A stretch of 64,000 nt of DNA from an uncultured Gemmatimonadales bacterium (GCA_963701965.1 OY969695.1:736001-800000), one strand, 5' to 3'. Shown: positions 20,491-31,323, counted from the first letter of the stretch. Numbers and translations are program-made. Notes: generated by a model not told the origin, from the sequence alone.

Positions 20491-21024
20491 ATGTCAGTTG
20501 ACGACACAGAGCACCGGGCCGACGTGATCATCCGACCAGCGACACTCGACGACCTCCCGCAGTTGACGGAGATCCACAACTACTACGTGGTCAACTCTCA
20601 CGCCACCTTCGATCTCCATCCTGTGTCCGCCGTCCAACGCACGACCTGGTTTCACGACCATTCCGACGGCCGCCGCCATCGGATCCTCGTTGCCGAAGAT
20701 CCGCCGGGCACAATCACCGGCTACACAGCCACTGGCCGATTTCGCGCAAGGCAGGCGTACGACCCGACCGTCGAAGTCACCATCCAGTGTCGCCCGGATG
20801 CAACTGGACGCGGCATCGGCACAGCCTTGTATCGCGCGCTATTCAATGCGCTGGCGACCGAGGACGTCCACCTCGTCGTTGCCGGGATCGCGCAACCCAA
20901 CCAGGCCTCAAACGTCCTGCATGAGAGCTTCGGCTTCACTACCGTCGGCACGTTCGTGGAAGTCGGCCGCAAGTTCGACCGCTACTGGGACGTGCGGTGG
21001 ATGGCGAAGGCGATTTCTCGGTAG
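20491..21024 (+). CDS. Phosphinothricin/ArsN1-like GNAT acetyltransferase
   Basis: IHNYYV..ATFD, FRARQAYDPTVE, GRGIG, EVGRKFDRYWDV. Confidence 0.85.
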   Translation: MSVDDTEHRADVIIRPATLDDLPQLTEIHNYYVVNSHATFDLHPVSAVQRTTWFHDHSDGRRHRILVAEDPPGTITGYTATGRFRARQAYDPTVEVTIQCRPDATGRGIGTALYRALFNALATEDVHLVVAGIAQPNQASNVLHESFGFTTVGTFVEVGRKFDRYWDVRWMAKAISR

Positions 21025-21962
21025 TAGCCGCGCTGTCGCGCGCGGACATCGGGGCAAGCACCGACTCGTGCGCGGCAGACACGGGGGATCGCTACCGCCG
21101 TCCGCCGGCCGGCTGGGGCGTCGGTGCCGGCGGCGCGCCTCTAGCGACGCATCACAGTGATTTCGTAACGCGCTGCGCGGTAACAGCTTATCTAATGATT
21201 GTCGGTATTTTCCCAGCTCACAAAATCGAGCCAGCCCGCTCCCCTACCGGCCGTCGAGCTCGGGATCATCGCCAATGAGGGGCTGTACGTCGTCGACGGC
21301 GTCCCCTAGTCCTCCTACGTCTAGGCGGAGCTCGCGCGTCACGCGCTGGCCACGCAGGCCGTCACCGAGGCTGCCTTACTCCGTCGCTATATCCGCTTAG
21401 AGCCACCTTGCGCGTGGTGCGGTGCGGATGTCCGGCCGACTCACGAGAGTCGCGAGATTGGCAGCCGGCTACTCCACGACATGCCGGAGCTACACTGCGC
21501 CACGGAGTTTGAGGCGAGCCTCGACGCGTACGCAGTGGGCTACGCCGCCGCTCACCCCGACGCCGGCGAGGTGGCGCGATGATCGCGCACACCAGCAGGC
21601 CCCATTGTTGGATGAGTCAGATCGTGATCGGTGATCTCTCCCTGTGGCATATTGTCTTGCCGAGTGGGACGCTCATTCACCCGATCACCTATGATCTCGG
21701 ACGCTCCAGGCCAGAGTAGCCGCAGACCCGAACGATCCGGCGATCCAAGGTCAGCCCGTCATTCTCGCCCGCTTCTGGCCCGAAGTGACGCGCGAGTTCA
21801 GGAACCGGGTACAGAAACGCCAATCAAAGCCCATTTGCCCATTCTGCACGCCGGGTTCAGCCAAGGCCGGAGAAGGGCGAAACCTGGCCCGAGGGGTGAG
21901 AAAACAATGACTCATGGGAGTGGAGAGCGTACACCGCTCTCCACCTCCGTATGGTCCCCGAT

Positions 21963-22070
21963 CACGATATTCGGCGTCACTTTGAGCGCGGTCTGACGAG
22001 TTTCTTTCAAGCCTACCGCGACGTCGCTAGTTCGTGACATTTTGGAGAACTATCCAACAGGAAGCCACGA
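21963..22070 (+). pseudogene. C-terminal remnant of a zeta-toxin-like P-loop protein
   Basis: DIRRHFERGLTSFFQAYRDVASS* resembles the family C-terminus; directly precedes a partner-like small gene. Confidence 0.45.
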
Positions 22071-22316
22071 ATGGCTGAGCGAACAAGAAAGAGCGGAAAC
22101 GGCGAGCGTAAAGTCGACATCGCGAAGGTCTTCGCCGAAGGCACCGCCATCGATCGCGCCCTTCGCGCTGCCGTCGCAGAAGCGATCCTCGATCACAAGC
22201 GCACGGGCGATCCAATCGCCGAGTGGTCCTTCGAGGAGAGCCGCGTCATATGGACGCCGGCGGATAAGATCCCTGGTCCTCGCAAGAGGAAAAAGAAGGC
22301 TCGTGGTCGCTCGTGA
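22071..22316 (+). CDS. Small protein of the type found beside zeta-like toxins (putative antitoxin)
   Basis: IDRALRAAVAEAILDHKRTGDPIAEW..VIWTPADKI. Confidence 0.55.
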   Translation: MAERTRKSGNGERKVDIAKVFAEGTAIDRALRAAVAEAILDHKRTGDPIAEWSFEESRVIWTPADKIPGPRKRKKKARGRS

Positions 22317-22319
22317 CTC

Positions 22320-22409
22320 GAGGGCGCGGAGGGTTCGCGGCCTGTCCCGGAGTGTCCGCCAAGCGTCCCACACGCTGGCGTAGGTCTCGATCGCGATCTT
22401 TTTCTTCAT
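22320..22409 (-). pseudogene. 5' remnant of XRE/HigA-like antitoxin
   Basis: Strong RBS; MKKKIAIETYASVWDA, then ADTPGQAAN after frameshift. Confidence 0.5.
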
Positions 22410-22609
22410 GGTGGACCTCTCCTCACTTGACCGAACCGCTCTCCGTCATCCCTGACGACATCCCCATCGCCGAGAGCGCACGGGTTGCTGCTCAGTGGCT
22501 CAGGCTTCTCCGGGAGCACGGTTGTACGAAGATCGAGCTTCGCACCCCAATGACAAGCAACAGCTTCATCGAGAGCCGCGACCAGTTTTGAGAAAAGTTC
22601 AGCCTTCAT
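22406..22609 (-). pseudogene. 5' remnant of NadS/HigA-like antitoxin lacking its HTH
   Basis: GGAG RBS; MKAELFSKLVAALDEAVA..LRTTVLPEKPEPLS. Confidence 0.45.
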
Positions 22610-22851
22610 TGCTCCGTCCTCATGTGACTCATTCACGCATCAATACCCGCAGTGCGCGTAGCGTCTGCGGGACCGCCCAAAGCACCACGCTGTAGCCGCT
22701 CCCACAGGTCGACCCCATCAACAGCGCGGCCGCGCATCGTCGGTGCGACTGGATGATACAACGGCGCAATGCGTGGATTCGCTCAGCGTCCGGCCCCCAC
22801 GACCAATGTCTTGTCTGCCAAAGGGAAAGCGGGGCGCCCCACCGGGTGACT

Positions 22852-23613
22852 CTACGCGGCATGCGATCCACCCTTCCGCGGCCGAGACTCCTGGCGCTCC
22901 AACACGTTAGACCACCCAGCTCGATCAAGGCACGCGTCAAGAATCCGCCGCGCCTCGATCACATGCTGCCGGACGGTGGACGGGACAATATCCAGAGCGG
23001 CCCCGATCTCCGCGTAGGTGAGGTGTGCGCCTCCAACCCCGGCATCCCACCACATGGCCAAGGCCTCCCGACGTCGCGGACTCATGATCTGAATGGCGCG
23101 CTCCAGGGCGACGTCAACATCTCCTCGCATCGCTCGCGCCTCGCCGCTGCTGAATACGGCGGCCGTCTGCTCGTTGAGCTCCGCCAGCCACTCCGGGTTG
23201 TCCACGTACGGCGTATCTCCGTGGCGTGCAGTCGCTCCAAGGCTAAAAGCCCACTCGTTTCGTCGCCGCCGAGTCCCCTGCTCTCGATCATCCAACGCAC
23301 GGTTTCTCACAACGCGAAAGAGGTAGGCCGCCACACTCGAGTTGATCACCAGCCTCTCGCGAATCCGCCACAGCTTTACGAACACCTGCTGCACGACGTC
23401 TGGGGCATCCTCCCCAACAATCGTCGCCGCGGTTCGGCACAGGATCGGCCAGTAGATCGTGTACAGCTCGGAAAACGCTCCCTCGTCGCCCTTCCGAATT
23501 CGCGCTACCAGCTCTGCATCGCGCTCGACGCGCGCCGATCGACAGCTGGCGATCCAGTCACTACCTACCCTCGTACCGCCGATATCTCCAGACCCCGGAC
23601 TCGCGTCACTCAC
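22852..23613 (-). CDS. ECF-type sigma factor with long linker
   Basis: DAELVARIRKGDEGAFSELY, DVVQQVFVKLW, YLFRVVRNRALD, LTYAEIGAALDI..STV; AGGAGG RBS. Confidence 0.85.
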   Translation of the reverse strand: MSDASPGSGDIGGTRVGSDWIASCRSARVERDAELVARIRKGDEGAFSELYTIYWPILCRTAATIVGEDAPDVVQQVFVKLWRIRERLVINSSVAAYLFRVVRNRALDDREQGTRRRRNEWAFSLGATARHGDTPYVDNPEWLAELNEQTAAVFSSGEARAMRGDVDVALERAIQIMSPRRREALAMWWDAGVGGAHLTYAEIGAALDIVPSTVRQHVIEARRILDACLDRAGWSNVLERQESRPRKGGSHAA

Positions 23614-23763
23614 GGCACCTCCTTGCCAAGTCACACCGCACCGGTCGCTGCACGACCGTGCGATACCTCCCTCTACTTATATAGACCGCCGTCGAGGCCA
23701 CGAGGATCAATTCTGATGCGCCAAGAGATGCCTGCGCCTCAGACCCGGTCGAATGGAGACTCT

Positions 23764-24066
23764 ATGCCCCATAGAGAGATGACACGCCTCAAGCCCCGAT
23801 CGTCGACACCCACCACCGAAGACGCCGCCAATCACCCCGGCGTTCGTACGGAAGCCGCCGGACCAACGTCGACAACCCGGCTATGGACCCAGGCCGAAGC
23901 CGCGGATTACCTCAACGTCAGCCAGAGATATCTGCGCGCGTCCGCGTGCCCCAAGATCCTACTGCCCGGTACCGGCAGACACGGTAAGCCGCTCGTGCGG
24001 TACAACCCCGTCAATGTTCGCACGTGGGCGGAACAGCGCCGTGCGACCCGGCGCTTCGGCGCCTGA
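23764..24066 (+). CDS. Excisionase-like HTH protein (element B)
   Basis: LWTQAEAADYLNVSQRYLR..PLVRY; paralog at 41301; precedes integrase. Confidence 0.75.
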   Translation: MPHREMTRLKPRSSTPTTEDAANHPGVRTEAAGPTSTTRLWTQAEAADYLNVSQRYLRASACPKILLPGTGRHGKPLVRYNPVNVRTWAEQRRATRRFGA

Positions 24067-24105
24067 GATATCAATGACGCACGACTGACGACACGTTGCT
24101 AAATT

Positions 24106-25373
24106 GTGCGCCCCTCACCCAGCAGCGTGCCGTTCCGTCGACCCAATCGCCCCCATTGGTACGTCGAGATCCCGACCCCCGGCGGCACGGTTCGGAAGTC
24201 CACCGGTACGCTCGACCGCGCCACCGCACGTGCGATCGAGCGCGCCCTCCGCGAGCTCATCGACCGGCGGGAGTGGGATCTTCTCAACGCGATGGTGGAC
24301 GACCGACTGACTGTTGGCGAACTATTCGACGCCGTACGCTCGCGCCAGCTCGATGCCCTACGCGCTCGACTCGACGACGTTGATCTCGAGCCCCATGTCG
24401 CCACCTGGCTTGCGCTTCACGGTCCCAACGTCGCTCCCGACACTATCGATCACTACCGACACGTCGTCAGGAAACTCCTTCCAGAGGGCAAACCGTTCCC
24501 CCGGTCGCAATTCACCGTCGCCAGACTCGAGGACTGGCTAGCACACTACAAGGGGAGAGCCGGCACGCGACGGAAAGCTCACGCCGCTATGTCCCAGTTC
24601 GCGCGATATCTCGTCCGCCATCAAATCATCGCTTCCAACCCGCTCAGAGATATCTCGGCACCCCGACTGCCGCACCGAGATGCCGCTGGCTCGACGTCGC
24701 CAACATGATCCGCCTCGCCAATGCCCAACCCGAGCCCTATCGCACTCTATCGGCGCTCCTCGGCGGGACCGGCATCGAGATATCCGTGGCCCTCGCTCTA
24801 CACGCGCGCGACGTGGACACCGCCCGACGGGAGATCCGCGCCGCCGGCACCAAGACCCACGCCCGGGACCGCATCGTCCGCGTCGCCGAATGGGCCTGGC
24901 CGTACGTCGCGAAGCACATGGCGCTGCTCACACCGAATGCGCCGATCTTCCCTCACCGCGACCGCTGGAGAGCCCAGGATCACCACCAGGCCGCCTATAG
25001 GACACTCGGCATCGAAGACTATCGCATTCACGACCAGCGGCACTCGTACGCAGTCCGCGCCGCCCGCGCCGGCACACCGGCCGAACTCATCGCGCGCCAG
25101 CTCGGACACGCCAATGCCATCCTGGTGCTCAAGATCTACGGGCGGTTTATGCCCTCGCAGCAGGAGCGCGACAAGCGGGAAAGGATTGCCGCCTCGCAGG
25201 GACTGACTCGAGCCCCGCGACCAATGGAGAACAACCCGATCGAGACCGAAACTGACCTCGACGCACAGGCCGAGAAGGCCCTGGCGCAATTTTCTCTTTC
25301 TCGCGTAACGAGGCTGAGTCCCTTCCAGGAGCTGCTTGGGGCGAAAATGGGGACTGCGACTCGGCCTCCCTGA
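24106..25373 (+). pseudogene. Tyrosine integrase of element B (frameshift near 24660)
   Basis: GTKTHARDR, HDQRHSYA, QLGH, IYGRF; colinear with 41637 integrase. Confidence 0.85.
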
Positions 25374-25481
25374 GCGCGAATTCACAAAGCCACAACAGAT
25401 CCGGTCAACCGTAGTTCGGTAAACAGTTGCGTTTGGTCCCGCCGCGAGCCAAGTTCCCGGCAACCGAGCCCAGCGGCGACC

Positions 25482-27695
25482 ATGCTTTTACTTGAGCGGC
25501 TATCGTTTGAGATACAACTAAGGTCGGAGTTTTCGAAGCGGACTGGTGAGCAGTTCCAGGATCTATTCGCCGGTATCATGGCGCGCCGCTACCCCGGTGA
25601 CTACCAGCCGCAGGCTCCGTGGGGAAAAGACGGAGATCGAAAGAATGACGGGTACCTGAAGTCGGAACGGCAACTCTTCCAATGTTACGCACCGCGGGAA
25701 CTGGCCCAGCAACCCACCGTCACCAAGATCGCCGAGGACTTTGCCGGGGCCCTTCCGCACTGGGAGAAGTATTTCGGCACCTGGGTATTTGTTCACAACG
25801 TCATACCTGGAACTCCAGCCTTTGTGACCGAGGAGCTGCTCAGGTTGGAATCAGCACATAGGCCGCTTCGGCTTATACCGTGGGGCTACCACGAAGTCTC
25901 CGCGCGAGCGTTGGAGTTGCCGCGCACGGATCTGGTAGCGCTACTTGGCGCTCCGGTCAGTGAAGAGGGTCTCGCCTCTCTCTCTTTCCAAGACATCGCA
26001 GTCGTTGTAGACACCATCGCTTGCAAGGCCACGCCTCCGGACTCAGTGGTCCGACCCGTTCCCGCCAACAAGCTGTCCGCGAATCAGCTCTCAAATAGTG
26101 TCGAGTCGTTCTTGCGAGTCGGAATGAGGAAGGCAGACCTGGTTGGTCAGTTTTTCGCGAACTGGTACGACGTTACACTAGGCGACCGAACAGCGCGCGC
26201 TTTCAAGGAGCGCTATACGGTCGTTAAAGCCGCGGGCCACACTCCAGACGAAATCTTTTCGGATCTGTGGGTGTTTGCGGGGAACGCTCCCACCAATGCT
26301 CTGTACCCCGATTCGTGAGACAGTTTGGGCTAACCCATGAGACCCGCCGCGACGGCGACCGCCGCGCGGTACTGCTGTGGCGCCTGGAAGCCGAGTGCCG
26401 AGTGCGGCGCGACCGCGTTGTAGTCGGCGATCCAGGCCGGGATCTGCGCGAGGACCGCGGCCGCCGCACTCCGATCGGCCCCGCTCACGTAGTCCCGTTT
26501 GAGGGTGTTGACGAACGCTTCCGACATCCCGTTCGATTCCGGACTCGCCTTGGGCGTGGTGATCGGCTCCAAATGCAGGCGCTCGGCCGTGCAGATCGTG
26601 TCCAGCGCGGTGTAGATACTGCCGTTGTCACTCAACCACTGGATCGGCGCATCGGGCCGCGCGCCGACCCCGAAGCGCCCCGTGACCGCGCGGTGCATCA
26701 GCTGCTGGATATCGGACGCCACCAGATCGCGCGCCGCCGCCACGTACGCCAGCACCTCGCGATCGTGACAGTCCAACGCGAAGCCGATCTGCACGTATTC
26801 CCCGTTCCAACACGCGATCTCCAGCCCGTCAGAGCACCAGCGCTCGTTCGACACCGGTCGCTGGATCTGCCCCGTGTGCGCCCGCCCAGTGCGCCGCCGA
26901 CACCGCCGCGGGAGCGTCCACCCATTCACCGCCATGACCCGGCGGATCCGCTTCACGTTGTACGCGGTGCCGAACGCCCGGTTGACCAGGGCCCGCACGC
27001 GCCGCGACCCGTACGTCGCTCGCGTCCGGATGACATCACGGATCTGCGCCGTCACGACGCGGTCGTCGGCCCGGGCGTAGTGCGGACCGCGCACCCGCTC
27101 CGGGCGATAGGCGCTCGCCCGGCCCATCCCCAGCACGCGACAGATCGCGGCCACCCTCCGACCGGTCATCGCTTGGACACGCCGTAGTAGCTGGGCCTTT
27201 TTTTTATCTCCTCCCGCGCCGCGTGGAGAATCTCGATCTCCATGGTCTTCTTCCCCAGCGCGCGTTCCAGCTCCTTGATCCGCTGCTGCGCGGCCCGCAA
27301 CTCACTCGCCGGTACCACCTCCTCGTTCGCCGTCACCGCCGTCGTGCTCCCGCGATCGGCGAGCTGCTTCCAGCGCCGGATCACCGACTGTTCCACCGCC
27401 AACTCGCGGCTCAGCTCCGCGATGGTGACCTCCTCGCGCAGCACGCGGCTGACCTGCTCCCGCTTGAATGCGGCGGTGAAGATCCGCCGTCCGTCCGAAC
27501 CCCGCCGGTGTGTTTCCATTGGATCGATCTCCGTTGAGAAGCCAACCTACACTTCCCAAAGTGCCTCGTCCAATCGGGGTACAGAGCACCAAGACCACGG
27601 ACCAGTCTACAGCAATTCTCGCTGTTCTCGCCTACCTATTTGAGCAGTGCGAAATCTTCGAAGCCCCTGTCGCAGGCACCTTGAGCGCATCGTAG
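25482..27695 (+). pseudogene. ABC-3C/Lamassu effector (REase-like N-terminus plus C-terminal domain), interrupted by IS
   Basis: FQDLF..GDRKNDGY..FQCYAP; removing IS and one CCAA restores a 305-aa ORF ending LAYLFEQCEIFE.. Confidence 0.8.
26297..27588 (-). mobile_element. IS3-family element (IS2-like), 1292 bp
   Basis: 17-bp IR TGCTCTGTACCCCGATT, 4-bp DR CCAA; orfA 27166-27519, orfB 26330-27169 (WCSD, SDNG, NGMSE); A8G slippery site near 27198. Confidence 0.93.
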
Positions 27696-27719
27696 ATCTC
27701 TTCAACATCTGAGCCTATC

Positions 27720-27995
27720 GTGATCCTGCCCACGAAACGCATCAGTGCCGACCGCGCCCTGCTCAGTCTCGGTGCTGAAGTTCTGCAGCTGCTGGAAAGT
27801 CATGATAAGACCGTTACCCAAGTTTGGACGGAATTTCAACGAGGTCGCCAGATGCGACAACGAGCAGCCATAGTCCCGTACGATTGGTTCGTGCTGGCGC
27901 TCGACCTCCTATTTGCGATCAATGCCATCGCGTGGGAGGAAGGTGCCTTGCGTCGCACTGGCGGGAAGGCGCCAAACCGGGGGTCCGCTAAGTGA
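27720..27995 (+). CDS. ABC-3C middle component (LmuC-like)
   Basis: MILPTKRI..ALLSLGAEVL..WFVLALDLLF, between effector and ATPase. Confidence 0.78.
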   Translation: MILPTKRISADRALLSLGAEVLQLLESHDKTVTQVWTEFQRGRQMRQRAAIVPYDWFVLALDLLFAINAIAWEEGALRRTGGKAPNRGSAK

Positions 27996-29758
27996 TTCGG
28001 CAGATATACAGCAGCCTTGCAAGCTTCAGGACGATCACGTTCAAGCCAGGACTCAATATACTCCTCGCGAACGAGGGAGAGCTCGCCACTACGACTGACA
28101 CGCGAAACAGCGCTGGCAAAACCAGCCTGGTCGAAATCATTCACTTCTTGACTGGAAGCAACGTCGAACGCACATCGATCTTTCGACATCCAGCGCTAGT
28201 GCATCACCAATTTGGAATGCAATTCGATGTGGGCGACGCCACTCTGGATGTGAAGCGCGCTGGCGTGAAACCAAAAGAAGTACTGGTCTCATTGACCGAG
28301 GGGTCAAGCACATTCTGGACGACCAATCCCTTTAGCCGAGCATCGCAACTGTCACTGCGCAACAGCCAGTGGAGAGTCCTCCTCGGAGAGCTCATTTTCA
28401 ATCTCCGCTCAGTCAGCGACAGTCCGATCAAGAGATACCGCCCGACGTTTCGAGGTCTTCTTGGTTACTTTGTCCGCCGGGAATCAGCTAAGGCATTCAT
28501 AGATCCCGTTCGAAATGCTGAGAAGCAACCGCCTTGGGACCAACAGGTGATGGTCTCATACCTACTGGGTCTCGATTGGACTATTCCCCAGGAATGGCAG
28601 GCGATTCGGGATAGAGAAAAAGCACTTCAAGCACTCAAGAAAGCTGCAGCCGGCGAGTTCCATTCAGTCATAGGTACTACATCCCAGTTGCGAGCAGAGC
28701 TAACAACTAGCGAGGCGGGCGTTGAGCGCACGCGGGCGGATGTTGCACAGTATCGGGTGCTTCCTACCTACCGGGAGAACGAACAGCAGGCAGAACGCCT
28801 TACGGGGGCCCTGAACGAGCTGCGAAATCAGCAGCAGGTCGACCGTGCCCTTGCGAATGATCTCGACCGTGCTTTGTCCAACGAGGCTGCGCCGGCGGCC
28901 GTGGATGTTGAGCGCGTCTACCATGAGGCGGGAGCCACCTTACCAGGAGTCGCCCTCCAGAGATTCGAACAGGTGAGGCGTTTTCACGACTCTGTGATCG
29001 CTAATAGACGTAGCTATCTCCAGCGCGAGCTCGAAGAAGCTAAGGCCAGGGTGCGCGACAGAGATCTTCAGATGAGCCGTCTGGACGAACAGCGCGCGGA
29101 GATCCTTAGACTCCTTGGTTCTCACGGCGCGCTCGAGGAATTGACCAACATGCAAATTGACCTCGCTAGAAAAGAGGCCCACGCGTCGTCACTCCGCGAG
29201 CGTTTCGCAGCCGCCCAGCGTCTAGAGAATGGCAAGGCCGCTCTCGAGGTAGAGCGACGACAGTTAGTACTGAGACTTCAACAGGACTACGTTGAGCGCG
29301 AACCCGCCCTCCGGAGCGCGGTGGTCTCGGTCGCGAGTGCTGTTAAAGAACTCTACGCACAGCGCCCGGGCAGGTTTCTCATTGACGCTACAAACAACGG
29401 ACCTCGTTTCACTCTAAAAATAGAAGGCGATCGGAGCAAGGGCATTAGCAATATGGAGATCTTCAGCTTCGACATGATGCTCGACGAGGTGACCGCCGCG
29501 CGGGGAATCGGCCCAACGTTTCTGGTACATGATAGCCATATCTTCGACGGGGTGGACCAACGCCAGCGAGCGATGGCTCTGGCTGTTGGAAAGCGGGTCG
29601 CGGCCCGGACAGGTCGGCAGTACATCACGACCATGAATAGTGACGAATTCCCGAACGCCCTCGATCGTGCAGAAGGACTTGACCTCGCGGAGGATATCCT
29701 TCCTGTCCAACTCGATGACTCACCGGAAGGTGGCCTGTTCGGAATGCGCTTCGATTGA
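27992..29758 (+). CDS. ABC-3C/Lamassu SMC-like ATPase (DUF2326-type)
   Basis: NSAGKTS Walker A, long coiled coil, SKG, FLVHDSHIFDGVD, QYITTMN. Confidence 0.88.
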   Translation: MIRQIYSSLASFRTITFKPGLNILLANEGELATTTDTRNSAGKTSLVEIIHFLTGSNVERTSIFRHPALVHHQFGMQFDVGDATLDVKRAGVKPKEVLVSLTEGSSTFWTTNPFSRASQLSLRNSQWRVLLGELIFNLRSVSDSPIKRYRPTFRGLLGYFVRRESAKAFIDPVRNAEKQPPWDQQVMVSYLLGLDWTIPQEWQAIRDREKALQALKKAAAGEFHSVIGTTSQLRAELTTSEAGVERTRADVAQYRVLPTYRENEQQAERLTGALNELRNQQQVDRALANDLDRALSNEAAPAAVDVERVYHEAGATLPGVALQRFEQVRRFHDSVIANRRSYLQRELEEAKARVRDRDLQMSRLDEQRAEILRLLGSHGALEELTNMQIDLARKEAHASSLRERFAAAQRLENGKAALEVERRQLVLRLQQDYVEREPALRSAVVSVASAVKELYAQRPGRFLIDATNNGPRFTLKIEGDRSKGISNMEIFSFDMMLDEVTAARGIGPTFLVHDSHIFDGVDQRQRAMALAVGKRVAARTGRQYITTMNSDEFPNALDRAEGLDLAEDILPVQLDDSPEGGLFGMRFD

Positions 29759-29805
29759 CTTCCTTGTAGGTGATGCCCTTAGAACCCGAAGGGGTGTAGC
29801 GAGAT

Positions 29806-31110
29806 ATGGTTCGTATAACCCGAAGGCTTGCTCCCGGTGATGCGTCCATCACATCTGTGCTCGTGCAAGAGGGTTCAGAACCGCTCGTTCGTGGATCTGT
29901 TCCCTACGGCTGCGACTACCTATGCAATGGATGCGCTGAGGTAATGGCTGCTAATATCGCCGATGGGCAATTGTGGGATATAGGATTTGTCTGCTCAAAG
30001 TGTCGGACAGTAAGTGCGTCGCCGCTGTTGCTGATCAACGATCCCCTTCCAGATCCATACACACTACTCCCCTCGCGCCGGCACTCCATCAACCGGACGA
30101 TCGATCTTGGTACTGTGGGCATGATAGGAGTATCCGGACTATCCCGTATTCAGAAAGTCGACCTGTCCAAAAAGGTCTCATTCAAGCATGACCAGAAGGA
30201 TGTATCCGTCGTTGGTGACGAGGACTTTCTCGGCGCCGTGTTGTGCGGGGTTCGAACACTATTGGGCGATTCGTTCGAGAGACTGCGCGAGAAGGACGAC
30301 GCGCGGATAGCAGGTGGGGTGAGTGCTTCTAAGCGGCATCCGTTGATGGTAGCGTGGCAATCCTTACGCGAGTCAGTGGAAAGCTTAAGAACTCCCCTGC
30401 CTTCGGTAAATGCAACGGCAGCGGTGGAACTGTACACGCTTCTCAATTTGCTTGAAAAATGGGCGTACCATCCTGGCTATGCACGGCTTCTGCACTCGCT
30501 AACCCAGCATGTGGAGTATCTACATACCCTCGGTCTTCTCACCGTAGCTTGCCTTCTACAGGACGCGGGCAATTCGGTAGATTTTGTCGCGGAAGGAGTC
30601 TCGCGAACTCCAGACCTTCGCCTGCGTCGGGGATATGTGGATTGCCTGCGAGTTGAGGTCAAGGCACCGCTCGCGCTAGTCAGGCCTGAGGAACTGATCG
30701 CGGAAGATGAAGCCGAGCGCGCGGTAAGAAGTGCGTTACGTCGAGCCGGTACCGGCAAACGCGGGCAGCTCGCAAGCGCGGAACCTGCAGTCTTAGCAAT
30801 CGCCGGACTGCATATGCCGCCGGAGGCGGTCGATCGGCTTGAGGCCGCAGCAATCCGCTACCTTAAGGACGCCGCGGCACGCTCAAGGCATAAGCATCTC
30901 GAGGCAATCCAGATTGCTAACGCGGCAATTCTTGCCGACAATCTTGCGCCGGACCGCATTGAAGCTCGTTTCATGCTGCAGTCACGTGTGGTACGGCATC
31001 CCGGCTTCAAAGGACCTTCATCCCTTGTTGCCGAGTCGCGCGTGCGCCTGAATCAGAGCTTCGGCCCCTATGAAGGGATGGGCGATGGACCAATCGAGAT
31101 CGGTGGATAG
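29806..31110 (+). CDS. Hypothetical protein: Zn ribbon plus PD-(D/E)xK-like domain
   Basis: CNGC..CSKC; RTPDL..VEVK. Confidence 0.55.
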   Translation: MVRITRRLAPGDASITSVLVQEGSEPLVRGSVPYGCDYLCNGCAEVMAANIADGQLWDIGFVCSKCRTVSASPLLLINDPLPDPYTLLPSRRHSINRTIDLGTVGMIGVSGLSRIQKVDLSKKVSFKHDQKDVSVVGDEDFLGAVLCGVRTLLGDSFERLREKDDARIAGGVSASKRHPLMVAWQSLRESVESLRTPLPSVNATAAVELYTLLNLLEKWAYHPGYARLLHSLTQHVEYLHTLGLLTVACLLQDAGNSVDFVAEGVSRTPDLRLRRGYVDCLRVEVKAPLALVRPEELIAEDEAERAVRSALRRAGTGKRGQLASAEPAVLAIAGLHMPPEAVDRLEAAAIRYLKDAAARSRHKHLEAIQIANAAILADNLAPDRIEARFMLQSRVVRHPGFKGPSSLVAESRVRLNQSFGPYEGMGDGPIEIGG

Positions 31111-31304
31111 GCGAATCCGTACAACACAGCTCACCGGCCCAGCTTCCCAGTTTGATGGCCCAGATTATTGCGGTGCCGACGAACGAGTGGCAGTGGGAAA
31201 CTGATCGTGGATTGCTCCTCCCTAAGCGCGAAGACCTACCGTGATGGGGGCATGGCGGCATTAGTGCGCCTCTTTTCTTGAGGGCGGTCCTCAGTTCGGC
31301 GTCT

Positions 31305-31323
31305 TGTACCATCGCCTGTACCA
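31305..31323. repeat. Putative arm-type sites of element B
   Basis: TGTACCA twice at 12-bp period, same distance from att as element A arm. Confidence 0.55.

Noticed and set aside
19134..21024. Arsinothricin biosynthesis cluster
   Set aside because: No arsL radical SAM gene next to arsM; the radical SAM gene in the window is hpnJ.
22035..22037. TGA in zeta-like remnant as recoding
   Set aside because: Probable Trp-to-stop mutation in a fragment; no redox motif.
22753..24066. 437-aa ORF
   Set aside because: Mostly antisense to the ECF sigma gene; only the 3' xis-like part is credible.
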